A stretch of 60,417 bases of DNA, filler included, from Dehalococcoidia bacterium (GCA_040882355.1; 3 parts of 2 records of this genome joined end to end with filler, not necessarily neighbours in it); one strand, 5' to 3'. Shown: positions 9,141 to 19,506, counted from the first letter of the whole stretch. The notes: generated by a model from the letters alone, not told the origin. Translations and numbers: made by a program.

Positions 9141-9455
9141 CTATTGCTCGAGCAGGAACTCGGTGAAGGGCGGCGGCCTCATCTTGTCTATGTAGACGAC
9201 GGAGACGATGCCCTCCTGTGGAAAATGGTAATAGAAGTAGTATTTTCCGTCGGTGCAGAGCACGCCATTTTGGGCGGGCCCGACCGGCAAAGAGATCTTC
9301 GTGAGATGGCGCGGAAGGGGATCTTCAGCGAGCGGGTGCTTCTCAATGCCTTCGTAGAGGAGGCGCTGAACCTCCTCAAGCTCAGGGGGATTCAGGCTCT
9401 CGTAGAAGCGTCTGGCCTGTCCCTCCTGTGGCACATAAACCTCATACTCCCCCAT
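9141..9455 (-). CDS. Putative RelE/ParE-like toxin
   Basis: 104 aa: YEVY..EGQARRFYESL...EEVQRLL..IEKHP followed by beta-rich DGKYYFYYHF..GIVSVVYI. The size and layout fit RelE/ParE, but the sequence is divergent. Confidence 0.55.
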   Translation of the reverse strand: MGEYEVYVPQEGQARRFYESLNPPELEEVQRLLYEGIEKHPLAEDPLPRHLTKISLPVGPAQNGVLCTDGKYYFYYHFPQEGIVSVVYIDKMRPPPFTEFLLEQ

Positions 9456-9624
9456 TGGAGGCTTTGTGCCGGTCAATATCCCTGAGCGGAACCCGTCCGG
9501 ATTTTTCCTCCTGCTGGAGCTGCTTCTGTATCTCCGCCAGAAGGTCCTTATCCCGCTGGGCGGCTGTCCTCAGCCGCTTAGCCGAGAGCCCCTTCTGTGC
9601 GCGGTCAAACCCCTTCTTCGGCAT
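9442..9624 (-). CDS. Small basic protein, putative antitoxin
   Basis: 60 aa (MPKKGFDR...) overlapping the start of the RelE-like ORF. The start codon is uncertain. Confidence 0.45.
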   Translation of the reverse strand: MPKKGFDRAQKGLSAKRLRTAAQRDKDLLAEIQKQLQQEEKSGRVPLRDIDRHKASNGGV

Positions 9625-9868
9625 GGTGGCAATTGCTAGGACTAGCGCCACTGGTACACGCAGCGCCCTCGAAGCAAGCATCGGCACCTTCAAGTGTAAC
9701 CTTGAGGAGGTCCTGGGCGCCGCCGTGAACCTATTGTCGCTAGTCACGCTCTACCATCCAATCTTAGTCCGCCTTCGGGCCGCTACTATTGTGGTAGTTG
9801 TAAACGAAGTCCTAAGTCTCTGTCAATAGGGCTCTTGTCATAGTCAGCTCTAGCTGGGTATTGATGGG

Positions 9869-12535
9869 TCAGTCCTCCAGCACCACGATTCCCTCGCTGC
9901 CATCGACCGTGATCGTCTGCCCCGTGCGGATCATGCGGGTACCGTGCTTGACGTTGACGACCGCGGGCAGGCCGTACTCGCGCGCGACCGTGGAGCCGTG
10001 CGAGAGCGTGCCACCAACGTCGACGACGATACCGGCCGCCGCGACGAAGAGCGGCGTCCAGCCCGCGTCCGTCACCGGCGCGACGAGGATCTCGCCCGGC
10101 TCGATCACAGCGTCGATGCGTGGGTCCAGGATGACGCGGGCCGGTCCGGTGACCCGTCCGGGCGAGACCGGGATGCCGTGGAGGGTGTGGCCGTCGGGAA
10201 ACGGCATGTCGGCCCGTCGGAGCGGCTTCGGACGGCCCTGGAACGTCTCGGGCAAGACGACGTCCTGGTTGCGGGCCTCCTCGCGCTTGCGGCGCCGGAT
10301 CTCGACATAGATCTGGTTGCGGCTCATCTCGCCGCTCACCAGCGCCTGCGCGTCTTCGAGCGTTAGATAGTAGAAGTCGCCCACATCGTCCAGGAGGCCT
10401 CGCGAGGCCAGCCGACGCGCCAGTTCACGGCTGAGCCGGCGGCCGCGGTTCGTTCCGCGCACCAGCAACGACTTGGTGTGCTCGCGGGAGGTCACGCCGT
10501 TCTGCGCCTGGGCGAGCACTCTGCGAAAGACGGTCCGCCGCCACCAGCTTAGCCGCCGTAGCGCGTCTTGCGTTGCCGCCTCACGCTCCCGGCGCTGATG
10601 CTCCTCGATAGCGCGCGGGTCGGCCGAGTCCCTCGCGTGGAGGTAGTTGCGGATCATCGCGTAGACGGTCGGCAGGTCCTCCTCCCAGCTCTTCGCCGCG
10701 ATCTCCGCCTCCATCACACTGCGATGGCCGTGGCGCTTCAGGAACTCCTGGAGCCGGGCGCGAAACGCCGCGACCGCCTCGCCCTCGAGGGGGGCGAGCA
10801 GGCCCTCGATCTCGGCGCCGTCGCGCGGCTCGAACGCGTGGCGCAGCGCATCGGAGGCGACGACGAGCCGGGAGAGGTCCCACAGCTCGTAGGCTGGCTG
10901 CGCGCTCTCGACGCTGGCGAGGCCGGAGCAGAGCGTGGCCTGCAGGCTGCCCGTCTCATCGCCCAGCCAGTTCTTCGTCAACCGCCGCAGCATGTCGAAG
11001 GTCGAGCTGGTCAGTCCCGCGCCGGAGACGTGCGTGATCGCGACGTCGGCGGCCGGGCCAAGCCCTTCGACGATCGTCCCCATCAGCTCTGCGTCGCTCA
11101 GTTGCAGGAAGTGCTGCTCGGCCAGCTCGCGCTCGAACTCGTCACAGATCTTCTCCGCGCGCCGGGTCTCGGCCGGGTAGCGCATCGTGAACCAGAGCAT
11201 GCGCGGCGTCGTGTTGAGATAGCGCCAGAGCTTCGCAGGCGAGAGACCGGTCGCCTGCGGCAAGATCTCGCGCGGGATGTCGTAGTACTGCTCCATGATC
11301 CCATCGACGGAGCCGAACGGGATCTGGTCGGCCACCTCACACGTCATGTTCACGTTGAGGAAGGGCCGGCCGTAGAACATCGCCGAGAAGGGGTCGGCGT
11401 TTTTGAGGCGGATACCCATGCGTTCGATCGACTCTAAGCCGTACTCGTCGAGCATCTTCAGCGTGATCGAGCAGTTGAACGGCGAGAGCTGGTCGGGCAG
11501 CACTTCCTGCACGTTGGCCGAGGTCCAGACCGTGTGCGGCTGGCCTTCCGTGTCGAACTCGGAGACCCACTCGGCCTCCTGCTCCTCCGCCACCGGCGCT
11601 GCGCCCGCAGCCGTGATCGGGCGCGCCTGCAGCAGATAGAGCTTCCCTCCCGCCAGCGCCCATTCGATGTCCTGCGGGACGCCCGCCTCCTCCTCGACGC
11701 GCAAAGCGAGCCGCGCCAGCTCGGCGATCCGGTCGTCACTTAGCACGGCCTCGCTCACCCGCTGGCCGGAGAGCGCTTCATTTCGCGTGCCGCCGCCGGC
11801 GACGCTGGTGACCTGCACCTCCTTCTCCGCCACCTGCCTGCGGACGACCGCGCCGTCGGCCTTGCGCACTGCGTAGTGATCGGGCGTGACCATGCCGCTC
11901 ACCACGCCTTCTCCGAGGCCCCAGGCCGCTTCGATCACCATCGTCTCGCGGTCGCCGCTCACAGGGTCCAGCGTGAACGCAACGCCCGCCGCCTCGGCCG
12001 GCACGAGCGCCTGAACCACGACCGCCATCGCCGGCTCTTCGTCCACGCCGCGGGCGTGCCGATAGTGGAGCGCCGTCGCGCCGTAGAGCGACGCCCAGCA
12101 ACAGAGCACGCCGTCGCGGAGCGCGTCGACGCCCACCACGTTGAGCAGCGTCAGGTGCTGGCCGGCAAACGACGCGCCCGCGCTGTCCTCCGCCGTCGCC
12201 GACGAGCGCACGGCGGCGGCGCTCTCGCCCGCGCGCTCGCACAGTGACTGGTAGGTCCCTTCCAGCGTCGATCGCAGGTCTTCGGGCCAGGGGGCGGCGC
12301 GGAAGAGCGCGATCACCGCGGCTTCCGTCTCGGGGCCGGCGTTCTCGGTCACGGACGCGAGCTGCGCGCCCAGGCCGTTCGCGTGCAGGAACGCCTTGAA
12401 CCCCGGGACCGTCAACACGAAGCCCGGTGGGACCGGCAGGCCCCAGCGGAGCAGCCGGGTCAGCCCCGCTGCCTTCCCGCCGACCAGCGCCTCGTCGTCG
12501 GGCGCGTCCTCCAGATGATAGATGTAGGTTCCCAT
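9869..12535 (-). CDS. PEP-utilizing ATP-grasp/His-swivel enzyme (rifampin phosphotransferase/PigC-like architecture)
   Basis: VGGKA, VRSSATAEDS..ASFAGQ, EAAWGLGEGVVSG and DIEWA..LLQARPIT; large central domain; C-terminal TDAGWTP and LSHGSTVAREYG. Confidence 0.9.
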   Translation of the reverse strand: MGTYIYHLEDAPDDEALVGGKAAGLTRLLRWGLPVPPGFVLTVPGFKAFLHANGLGAQLASVTENAGPETEAAVIALFRAAPWPEDLRSTLEGTYQSLCERAGESAAAVRSSATAEDSAGASFAGQHLTLLNVVGVDALRDGVLCCWASLYGATALHYRHARGVDEEPAMAVVVQALVPAEAAGVAFTLDPVSGDRETMVIEAAWGLGEGVVSGMVTPDHYAVRKADGAVVRRQVAEKEVQVTSVAGGGTRNEALSGQRVSEAVLSDDRIAELARLALRVEEEAGVPQDIEWALAGGKLYLLQARPITAAGAAPVAEEQEAEWVSEFDTEGQPHTVWTSANVQEVLPDQLSPFNCSITLKMLDEYGLESIERMGIRLKNADPFSAMFYGRPFLNVNMTCEVADQIPFGSVDGIMEQYYDIPREILPQATGLSPAKLWRYLNTTPRMLWFTMRYPAETRRAEKICDEFERELAEQHFLQLSDAELMGTIVEGLGPAADVAITHVSGAGLTSSTFDMLRRLTKNWLGDETGSLQATLCSGLASVESAQPAYELWDLSRLVVASDALRHAFEPRDGAEIEGLLAPLEGEAVAAFRARLQEFLKRHGHRSVMEAEIAAKSWEEDLPTVYAMIRNYLHARDSADPRAIEEHQRREREAATQDALRRLSWWRRTVFRRVLAQAQNGVTSREHTKSLLVRGTNRGRRLSRELARRLASRGLLDDVGDFYYLTLEDAQALVSGEMSRNQIYVEIRRRKREEARNQDVVLPETFQGRPKPLRRADMPFPDGHTLHGIPVSPGRVTGPARVILDPRIDAVIEPGEILVAPVTDAGWTPLFVAAAGIVVDVGGTLSHGSTVAREYGLPAVVNVKHGTRMIRTGQTITVDGSEGIVVLED

Positions 12536-12700
12536 CGCAGACTCGCTCGCAAGCGTAATGCTAGTGGTTGCGGATCGGGGCGGTCAAGGAGAATGAAAGG
12601 AGGAGGCCTGCGACGGCGCATCGCCGTTCTGCAGTTGCACAGCGCCTCCAGCGGGCCGACTATCCTAAAGAGCGTATAATCGCATGAAGGAAACGTATTC

Positions 12701-14773
12701 GTGATCCCCGCCCGCGCCGCCGCAACCGTCGCCCTGCTGCTCCTGCTCGCAGTCGCGACAGTGTCGAGCCCTGGCCACGGCACGGCCGGGAGCGAGTCAG
12801 GGGACGAGATTTCACTCGATCCGTCCGGCCGGGCGAAGATGCCACACGGCAAGCTGCAGGCGCCCCTCGATCGCCTCGCCGCGGCGCAGCGTGCCTACGG
12901 CCCAACGGGCGCTCGTGTCGCGGCGGAGCGTCTCGACGTGGCCCTGCACCAGGGCGAGGTGCGCATCATCATCGAGGCGCAGCCTGATAGGGCCAGCGAT
13001 GTCACGCAACGGGCCGCATCGCTCGGCCTCACCGTCGAGACGGCGCACCAGGACCTCGTCCAGGTGCTCGCGCCTATCGACCGCCTCGATGCGCTGGCGC
13101 GCGAGCCCTCGGTCGCCTCCGTGCGCTTGCCACTGACTCCCGTGCCAAGCGCCGTCGGCCAGGGCGTCGACCAGATCAACGCCAGCGGCTGGCACTACAT
13201 GAAGCAGCCGGGCGCCGGCGTGAAAGTCGCCGTCCTTGACCTGGGCTTCGCCGGCTACCAGTCGCTGCTGGGCACCGAGCTCCCCAGCTCCGTGACGGCG
13301 CATTCCTGCCGCGCCGACACCGACATCACCGGCGGCGGCGAAGAGCACGGCAGCGCCGTCGCCGAGATCGTCCACGAGGTCGCGCCCGGCGCCCAGCTCT
13401 ATCTCGCCAACTTCAACACGGACGTAGAGCTCGCGAACTGCATCGACTGGCTCGTCGGCCAGGGCGTGCAGGTCGTCAACTTCTCGATCGGCTACATCGC
13501 CAGCGGGCCCGGCGACGGCACCGGTCCGATCAACGACCTGGTCAGCGACGCGATCGCGCAGGGGGTCCTCTGGGTAAGTTCTTCGGGTAACCAGGCGCAG
13601 GGCCACTGGATGGGGCCCTGGCTCGACACCGACGCCGACGACCTCATCCAGTTCTCCGGGTCTGACGAAGGAAACTCGATCAACGCGACGGCCGGTTCGC
13701 TGCTGGTGCTCTTCCTGAAGTGGGACGACCCGTTCGGCGCGTCCTGCAACGACTACGATCTCTACCTGCTCAACGAGGCGAACACGACGGTCCTCTCCGC
13801 CTCAGCGACGCCCCAGGACTTCTGCAACCCTATCACCAACCCAACCGGCATCCCCACCGACCCGGTTGAGGTGGTCATCTACCAACTCCCGAGCACGGGA
13901 ACGTACAACGTGGCTGTGGGCCGGTACGACGCCGACGGCGCCGCCACGTTCCACCTCTACTCCATGATCCAGGACTGCCCCGCGCTCCAGTACTGCACGA
14001 AATCTGGCAGCATCATGGAGCCCGGCGACAACCCAAACGCGCTCACCGTCGGCGCGGTCCGCTTCACCACGCCCGACAGCATCGAGTCCTTCAGCTCGCG
14101 CGGGCCGACCGACGGCGGGACGCTGAAACCGAACATCGTTGCGCCCGACGGCGTGGACAGCGTCTCGTTCGGCTCGTTCTTCGGCACGTCTGCGTCCGCG
14201 CCGCACGCGGTGGGGGCCGCGGCGCTCGTGCAGGGCTGGCAACCCGGCTGGACGGAGGCGCAGGTCCGCGCCTTCCTCACATCGAACGCGATCGACCTTG
14301 GCGCAGCCGGGCCCGACAACACCTTCGGCTACGGCCGCCTGTTCCTGGCCCTGCCCAAGGACGGCAGCCTCGACACGGACGGCGACACCCTCCTCAACAG
14401 CGCCGACCCGGACGACGACAACGACGGCTGCACGGACACTCAGGAGCAGAGCACGGACCCGCTCGCCGGTGGCCGCCGCAGCCCGCACCACATCTGGGAC
14501 TTCATGGACCAGTACACGGGCTCGCCGCTGGCCAAGGACCGCGTCGTCGTCATCGGCGACATCGGAGCTGTGGTCGGACGCTTCGGCGCCACGGGCAACC
14601 CGAACGACGATCCGCTCATTACGCCGTCAAGTGCCACCGGCTACCACACCAGCGCGGATCGCAACGGCTCCACTCCCGGCCAGAACCCATGGAATCTGCA
14701 GTTCCCCGACGGCGGCGTCTCCATCGGTGACATTGGTGCCGCGGTCGCTCAGTTCGGCCACTCCTGCGCCTAA
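12701..14773 (+). CDS. Secreted S8 (subtilisin-like) peptidase with C-terminal flexitail/dockerin-like domain
   Basis: Signal peptide; triad VAVLDLG / EEHGSAVAE / FGTSASAPH; SFSSRGP..LKPNIVAP. Tail from ~14372: DTDGD..DDDNDGC..GGRR..WDFMD..IGDIGAVVGRFG..PDG.VSIGDIGAAVAQFGHSCA. Confidence 0.92.
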   Translation: MIPARAAATVALLLLLAVATVSSPGHGTAGSESGDEISLDPSGRAKMPHGKLQAPLDRLAAAQRAYGPTGARVAAERLDVALHQGEVRIIIEAQPDRASDVTQRAASLGLTVETAHQDLVQVLAPIDRLDALAREPSVASVRLPLTPVPSAVGQGVDQINASGWHYMKQPGAGVKVAVLDLGFAGYQSLLGTELPSSVTAHSCRADTDITGGGEEHGSAVAEIVHEVAPGAQLYLANFNTDVELANCIDWLVGQGVQVVNFSIGYIASGPGDGTGPINDLVSDAIAQGVLWVSSSGNQAQGHWMGPWLDTDADDLIQFSGSDEGNSINATAGSLLVLFLKWDDPFGASCNDYDLYLLNEANTTVLSASATPQDFCNPITNPTGIPTDPVEVVIYQLPSTGTYNVAVGRYDADGAATFHLYSMIQDCPALQYCTKSGSIMEPGDNPNALTVGAVRFTTPDSIESFSSRGPTDGGTLKPNIVAPDGVDSVSFGSFFGTSASAPHAVGAAALVQGWQPGWTEAQVRAFLTSNAIDLGAAGPDNTFGYGRLFLALPKDGSLDTDGDTLLNSADPDDDNDGCTDTQEQSTDPLAGGRRSPHHIWDFMDQYTGSPLAKDRVVVIGDIGAVVGRFGATGNPNDDPLITPSSATGYHTSADRNGSTPGQNPWNLQFPDGGVSIGDIGAAVAQFGHSCA

Positions 14774-14798
14774 AGTTCCGTTACTAGACCGATTACCG

Positions 14799-14827
14799 TT
14801 GACACCAAGCGGGAACGCGGGTAAGGT
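14799..14827 (+). promoter_or_regulatory. sigma70-type promoter
   Basis: TTGACA-N17-TAAGGT upstream of 14968. Confidence 0.55.
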
Positions 14828-14967
14828 TGGGCGTGTCCCGTTCCGGCGTCACGAGATCGTTCGACCAGCTTGGGGCGTTCGTAACAACGGGAGCCGTTCG
14901 ACGCAGGGAGCAGCGCGAGCGGGTGTGCTGGCACGGAGGCCGCACCAACGCGGGATAGCGAGCTTCA

Positions 14968-16614
14968 GTGACAGGATTCCGTCTTCCTCTGCACGGCGCA
15001 CAGCTCTTTGCCGCGCTCTTGCTCCTCAGCGGGCTCGTCGTCGTTGCCATCGCCCTGCCCATCAGTTCGTCGGCCACGCAGAAGCACGACCGCCCTCTCG
15101 ACGTGATCAAGATCGTGGCCAAGTGCGCGACCGACGCTGGCGTCACGGGCAAGATCACCGTTCGCAACGGGCGAGACGTGCCGATCAACGACAACATCCC
15201 TCTCGTCCTCACGCAGCACATCCCGGTATCACAGGGCGGCAGCTCGGACTTCATCCCTGCCGGTGTCTCGACGCTGGTGAAGGTCGACCTCGAGCCGGGC
15301 GAGACCGCCAGCTTCCCCTTCGGACCGCTCAGCACCACAACCGTTGACTCCAGGGCGAACTCCCTTCGCGTAGAAGTCGATGTCAAGGCCCGGCCCGACC
15401 TGAACAAGGAGAAGTCAGAGAGCTTCAAGCCCTGCAAGGCGACACCGGTGAAGTCGCCCACCGCCACGCCAAAGACACGCACCTCCACCCCGGTCAAGTC
15501 CGTCACCGCCACGCCGAAGACGCGAACGGCTACGCCGGTCAAGTCCGTCACCGCCACACCCAAGCGCACAAACACGCCGACGCCGACCAAGAAGGCGACA
15601 CTGACGCCCACGCCCACGAAGAAGCGCACCGCCACCCCCACCAGGACCGCGACTCCCACGAATACGCCTACCTCAACCCCGACCGCGACCCGCACACCGA
15701 CGCCCACGAGTACTGCGAGCTCCACGCCAACGCGCACCAGCACGCCTACCGCAACCCCGACCTCCACGTCGACGAGCACCGCCACGAGCACACCAACGCC
15801 CACTCCCACGAACACACCCACTGCCACGAATACGCCGACGCCAACCATCACACCGACTTCCACGCGGACCAGCACGCCAACCAACACACCGACTTCCACG
15901 CGGACCAACACACCGACTTCCACGCGGACCAGCACGCCAACAGCAACGAACACGGCCACCCGGACGGCCACACCAACGCCGACCCGGACAGCAACACCGA
16001 CGAATACAGCGACCAGCACGCCAACGACGACGCTCACAACAACGCCGACCGCCAGTCCGACCCACACAAGCACGCTGGAACCGACCGGGACCCCGCCGTC
16101 CTCCTCGCCCACGCCGACGATCACCCGCGTCAGCGAGGTGCTCGGCCCGACGCCCACATTCCCCGGCGTCAACGAGCTGCCTCGCTCGGGCCTCAACGAC
16201 GTGGGCGACCAGGGCAACACCTGGTCGCCCTGGATGGTCGCCGGGCTCGCGCTCGCCACCTCCGGCGCCGGCCTCTCGCTGAGCGCCAAGCTGATGCGCG
16301 ACCGGCGCCACGGAGGCCCTCGCCGCCCCGGTGGCGGCGCCCGCCTCCACCGCGCGTCTCAGCCCGCTAGCCAGCCGGAAGCTGCTGCGCCCGTCCTCGT
16401 GCGCATCGCCCCCATCGCCGACTTCAGCGACTTCGTCGCGGTGCTGCGCGCGCTGAACCACACGCCCGCCGTCGAGCAGGCGCAGGCGGTCTTGCTGGAA
16501 AACAACGCGGGCCTCTTCGAAGTCACGCCCTTGCTACCACTCGCCCGGGAGACGCTGATCGAGGCTCTAGAGCGGGCGATAGGCCGTGACGTACGCATCG
16601 ATCCAGACGATTGA
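14968..16614 (+). CDS. Pro/Thr-rich surface protein with LPRSG sorting-like motif, TM helix and extra C-terminal domain
   Basis: Signal peptide; ~120-aa Cys-bounded domain; three 15-aa [14 protein letters not shown] repeats; long TP stalk; LPRSG...[26 protein letters not shown]; then ~100 more residues. Confidence 0.8.
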   Translation: MTGFRLPLHGAQLFAALLLLSGLVVVAIALPISSSATQKHDRPLDVIKIVAKCATDAGVTGKITVRNGRDVPINDNIPLVLTQHIPVSQGGSSDFIPAGVSTLVKVDLEPGETASFPFGPLSTTTVDSRANSLRVEVDVKARPDLNKEKSESFKPCKATPVKSPTATPKTRTSTPVKSVTATPKTRTATPVKSVTATPKRTNTPTPTKKATLTPTPTKKRTATPTRTATPTNTPTSTPTATRTPTPTSTASSTPTRTSTPTATPTSTSTSTATSTPTPTPTNTPTATNTPTPTITPTSTRTSTPTNTPTSTRTNTPTSTRTSTPTATNTATRTATPTPTRTATPTNTATSTPTTTLTTTPTASPTHTSTLEPTGTPPSSSPTPTITRVSEVLGPTPTFPGVNELPRSGLNDVGDQGNTWSPWMVAGLALATSGAGLSLSAKLMRDRRHGGPRRPGGGARLHRASQPASQPEAAAPVLVRIAPIADFSDFVAVLRALNHTPAVEQAQAVLLENNAGLFEVTPLLPLARETLIEALERAIGRDVRIDPDD

Positions 16615-16655
16615 CGTAGGGGAGCCTGCTCAGGGATGAAGCATCGAATGCACGG

Positions 16656-17308
16656 ATGCCACTACAGCGGCTTATCGCGCCTGCGCTGACCGCCGCGCTC
16701 ATCGGCGTGGCCGTCCTCGCGCTGGCGCTCACGCGAGGCGGGGGGGGCTCTGACCCCACATCACTCGCCATCTCGTCCATCACCGCCACCTCCACAGCGA
16801 GCCCAACGCACACCCCGACCGCAAGCCCCACGCCCACTCCCCCACCCACTCCGACCTCGACGCCGCTGCCGCCGCCGCCGCCTCGACCGCAGGTCCAGCA
16901 GGCGCCGGCCCAGCCCCCGCAGCCGGCAGCGCGAACGTACTCGGAAGCGGGCTTCGCATCGCAGGTGGTGGCGCTCGTCAATGCGGAACGCGCGTCCAGG
17001 GGCCTCGGCCAGCTCTCCTCGAACGGCGCGCTCTCGAACAGCGCATCGAGCTACGCTCGCCAGCTCCTCCAGTACAGCTCTCTCTCGCACAGCGCCGGCG
17101 GCACCACGCTCTCGGGCCGGGTAGCAGCCGCCGGCTACGGCGGCGGGCCGCCGCTCGGGGAAGTGCTCTGGCTAGGCGTCGGACGCCTGCCGCCGGAGCG
17201 GGTCGTGTCGGACTGGATGAACAGCCCTTCCCACAGAGAGGTCATCCTCAACCCCACCTACGACCGCGCCGGCGTGGGCTGCTACTTCCGTGAGGGGCAG
17301 CGCCTGGA
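16656..17308 (+). CDS. CAP/SCP-domain protein with TM and Pro/Thr linker, truncated by the contig end
   Basis: VVALVNAERA, LSHS, GEVL, WMNSPSHREVILNP and GVG motifs. Confidence 0.88.
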
Positions 17309-17408
17309 NNNNNNNNNNNNNNNNNNNNNNNNNNNNNNNNNNNNNNNNNNNNTTAATTAATTAANNNNNNNNNNNNNNNNNNNNNNNNNNNNNNNNNNNN
17401 NNNNNNNN
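17309..17408. other. Artificial contig-join spacer
   Basis: 100 bp of N around TTAATTAATTAA, which has stops in all six frames. Confidence 0.98.
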
Positions 17409-17599
17409 TGCAGCAGCCTGTGGATGTCGGGATCGCGGCTGGGCGCGATGCCGAATGCTCGCCGGAAGCGCAGGTAGGACAGCGGTACACCCAACGTGCG
17501 CCCGACCAGGGGCGCCTGGCTAAGCACGCGGGTCAGCGGCCAGACGGCCAGGCCTGCGGCGGCTCCCGCTGCAAATGCGATGATCCAATCCATGGTCAT
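17409..17599 (-). CDS. 5' part of a membrane protein of unknown function, truncated by the contig end
   Basis: SD GGAGG, ATG and an N-terminal hydrophobic helix. Confidence 0.55.
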
Positions 17600-17712
17600 T
17601 CCTCCCTAGAGCCCCTCAGCGAAAGGAGTCTACACCTTATGACAAGAGATGACAAGCGGGCATGAGGTAGCTCCGGGAGTTATGTGCACCCTTTGCGGTC
17701 GAGAATCGATGC

Positions 17713-17736
17713 GGGAGGCCTGAAGGCCTCCCCTAC
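17713..17736 (-). repeat. GTAG-type REP hairpin
   Basis: Minus strand reads GTAG-GGGAGGCC-TTCA-GGCCTCCC. Confidence 0.6.
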
Positions 17737-17836
17737 AACCGACTCAGAGTCCGCGGAATGAGGCCGCGCCGCGCCGGGCATCGCCGCACGCCGGATCGCC
17801 AGGCTGAAGCCTGGCCTTCGGGCCGATGGGGTTCGC

Positions 17837-19492
17837 CTAACCGCCCAGCAGCTGCCGGGCGATGATCTTCAGCTCCAGGATGGGTTTGACGCCTTCGAAG
17901 ATCGGCAGCACGAGCGCGTCGACGACGTAGCGCGCGACGGGGTCCTCCTCGGAGTAGCCCCACCCGCCATGAATGAGCTGCGCCTCCTGGCTCACCCAGA
18001 CCGCGACGTCTGAAGCGAAGAGCTTGCACATCGCCGGCTCCACGGCGGCCCGCTCGTCCTGGGCCATCGCGCGAGCAGCGGCGTAGGTGAGGTGACGGCC
18101 GGCCGCGACGTGCGTCGCCATCCGGCCGATCTTGTGCTGCGTGAGCTGGTATTCGGCGATGGGACGAGCGAACTGCCGGCGCTCCGATGCGTAGGCGCAG
18201 GCCTTCTCGAGCGCCGCCTGCCCGACGCCGGTCGCGCGGCCGCCGGTCTGGAGCCGGCCCGCCGCGAAGCCGCCCATCTGGAGATAGAAGCCCCGGTTCA
18301 GGCCGGACTCGCCGCCGACGAGGTTCTCGGCGGGCACGAAGTACCGATCGATCGCGAGCGTGAACGAGTGCATGCCGCGATAGCCGGGCGTCGGGTTCGC
18401 CGTGCCCGTGATCGAGCCGCCGCCGGCCTGCGTCTGGACGAAGTGGCGGCCGTCGTGCGGGTCCTTCGACACGATGAACAGCGAGAGGCCGCGCGCGCCA
18501 GCCGCCGGGTCGGGGTCGGTGCGGGCGAGCAGCGCGAGGATGTTCGCGCGCCCTGCGAACGTCGACCAGGCCTTCGCGCCCTCGATGAACCAGCCCTGCC
18601 GGCCGTCGTGCTCGCCCGGGGTGGCGCGACACTGCACGGACGCCACGTCGGAGCCGACGTCGGGCTCGGTGACACAGATGCCGACGATCAGCTCGCCCGA
18701 AGCGATGCGCGGTAGCCAGTATTGGCGCTGCTCCTCGGTGCCGCCCTGACTGAGGGCGCGCGTGAGGATCTCCGATCGAGTGATCAGGCTACCCGCGACA
18801 AGCGAAGCGGCGGACAGCTCTTCGGTGAGGACGACCATAGTGAGGTAGCCCATCTCCGTGCCGCCGTAGGTCTCGGGCACGGAGCAGCCGAAGAGGCCAA
18901 GCTCTGCGATCTTGCGGATGAGCGGCTCCGGCACCAGATGGTCCTGGCGGTGCATCTCCTGCGCGATCGGCGCGACTTCGGCCTTCGCGAAGTTACGGGC
19001 CGAGTCTCGGACGAGCGAAGCCGCCTGGTCTTCGAGCTCGGTCGCGTGGGCGCCGCGCGCTTCGAGCACCTGCGTGCCGATCGCGCGCACTCGCGCTTCG
19101 TCCAGTCCGGCCCGCACGAGCGCGCGCAACGACGGATCGTCGAGGCGAGCACGCCCGGCGTCGTCGAGGCCGAAGGCGTCCGGCGAGAGCTCGACCGCGG
19201 CGCGCAGCTTGTGCACCACCTCCGCGGCGAAGGCGCAGGCCTGCTCTTCAGCCAGCGCATCGCGCCGACCGGCCGCGGCCTGGCGCCCGGCATAGCCGGC
19301 GAGCTCCTGAGCGGCCCGCGCCTCGGTGGCGTGGAGAGCGATACGCTCCGCATGCACCTGATGGTCGTCGATGAGCTTGCCGCCGTCCGTGAGCCGCGAG
19401 CCGGCGGCGACGGCCGCCTCGACCGCGTCCGAGGCGGCATCAGCGAGCCGCCGGGCGGAGGTGAGGGCGTCGATCTCGGCTTCGGTGCTCAT
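17837..19492 (-). CDS. mcd: Acyl-CoA dehydrogenase, probably (2S)-methylsuccinyl-CoA dehydrogenase
   Basis: ACAD core (TEPDVGSD, IEGAKAWSTF, QLIHGGWGY, IFEG) plus ~150-aa N-terminal extension. GSLITRSEI and GYRGM motifs. Adjacent to mch. Confidence 0.75.
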   Translation of the reverse strand: MSTEAEIDALTSARRLADAASDAVEAAVAAGSRLTDGGKLIDDHQVHAERIALHATEARAAQELAGYAGRQAAAGRRDALAEEQACAFAAEVVHKLRAAVELSPDAFGLDDAGRARLDDPSLRALVRAGLDEARVRAIGTQVLEARGAHATELEDQAASLVRDSARNFAKAEVAPIAQEMHRQDHLVPEPLIRKIAELGLFGCSVPETYGGTEMGYLTMVVLTEELSAASLVAGSLITRSEILTRALSQGGTEEQRQYWLPRIASGELIVGICVTEPDVGSDVASVQCRATPGEHDGRQGWFIEGAKAWSTFAGRANILALLARTDPDPAAGARGLSLFIVSKDPHDGRHFVQTQAGGGSITGTANPTPGYRGMHSFTLAIDRYFVPAENLVGGESGLNRGFYLQMGGFAAGRLQTGGRATGVGQAALEKACAYASERRQFARPIAEYQLTQHKIGRMATHVAAGRHLTYAAARAMAQDERAAVEPAMCKLFASDVAVWVSQEAQLIHGGWGYSEEDPVARYVVDALVLPIFEGVKPILELKIIARQLLGG

Positions 19493-19506
19493 GGTTCACA
19501 TGGCAC

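Noticed and set aside
9869..12535. Calling the gene ppsA or a rifampin-resistance gene
   Set aside because: Domain order excludes PpsA, and rifampin specificity cannot be established from motifs.
15440..16130. CRISPR-like or VNTR array (also 51965-52700)
   Set aside because: Codon-phased Thr/Pro/Arg linker repeats within ORFs; no constant repeat with unique spacers and no cas genes.
17309..17408. TTAATTAATTAA palindrome within N runs (also 40526-40625) as a biological motif
   Set aside because: Identical 100-bp linker with stops in all six frames; an assembly concatenation artefact. Neighbourhoods across it were not interpreted.
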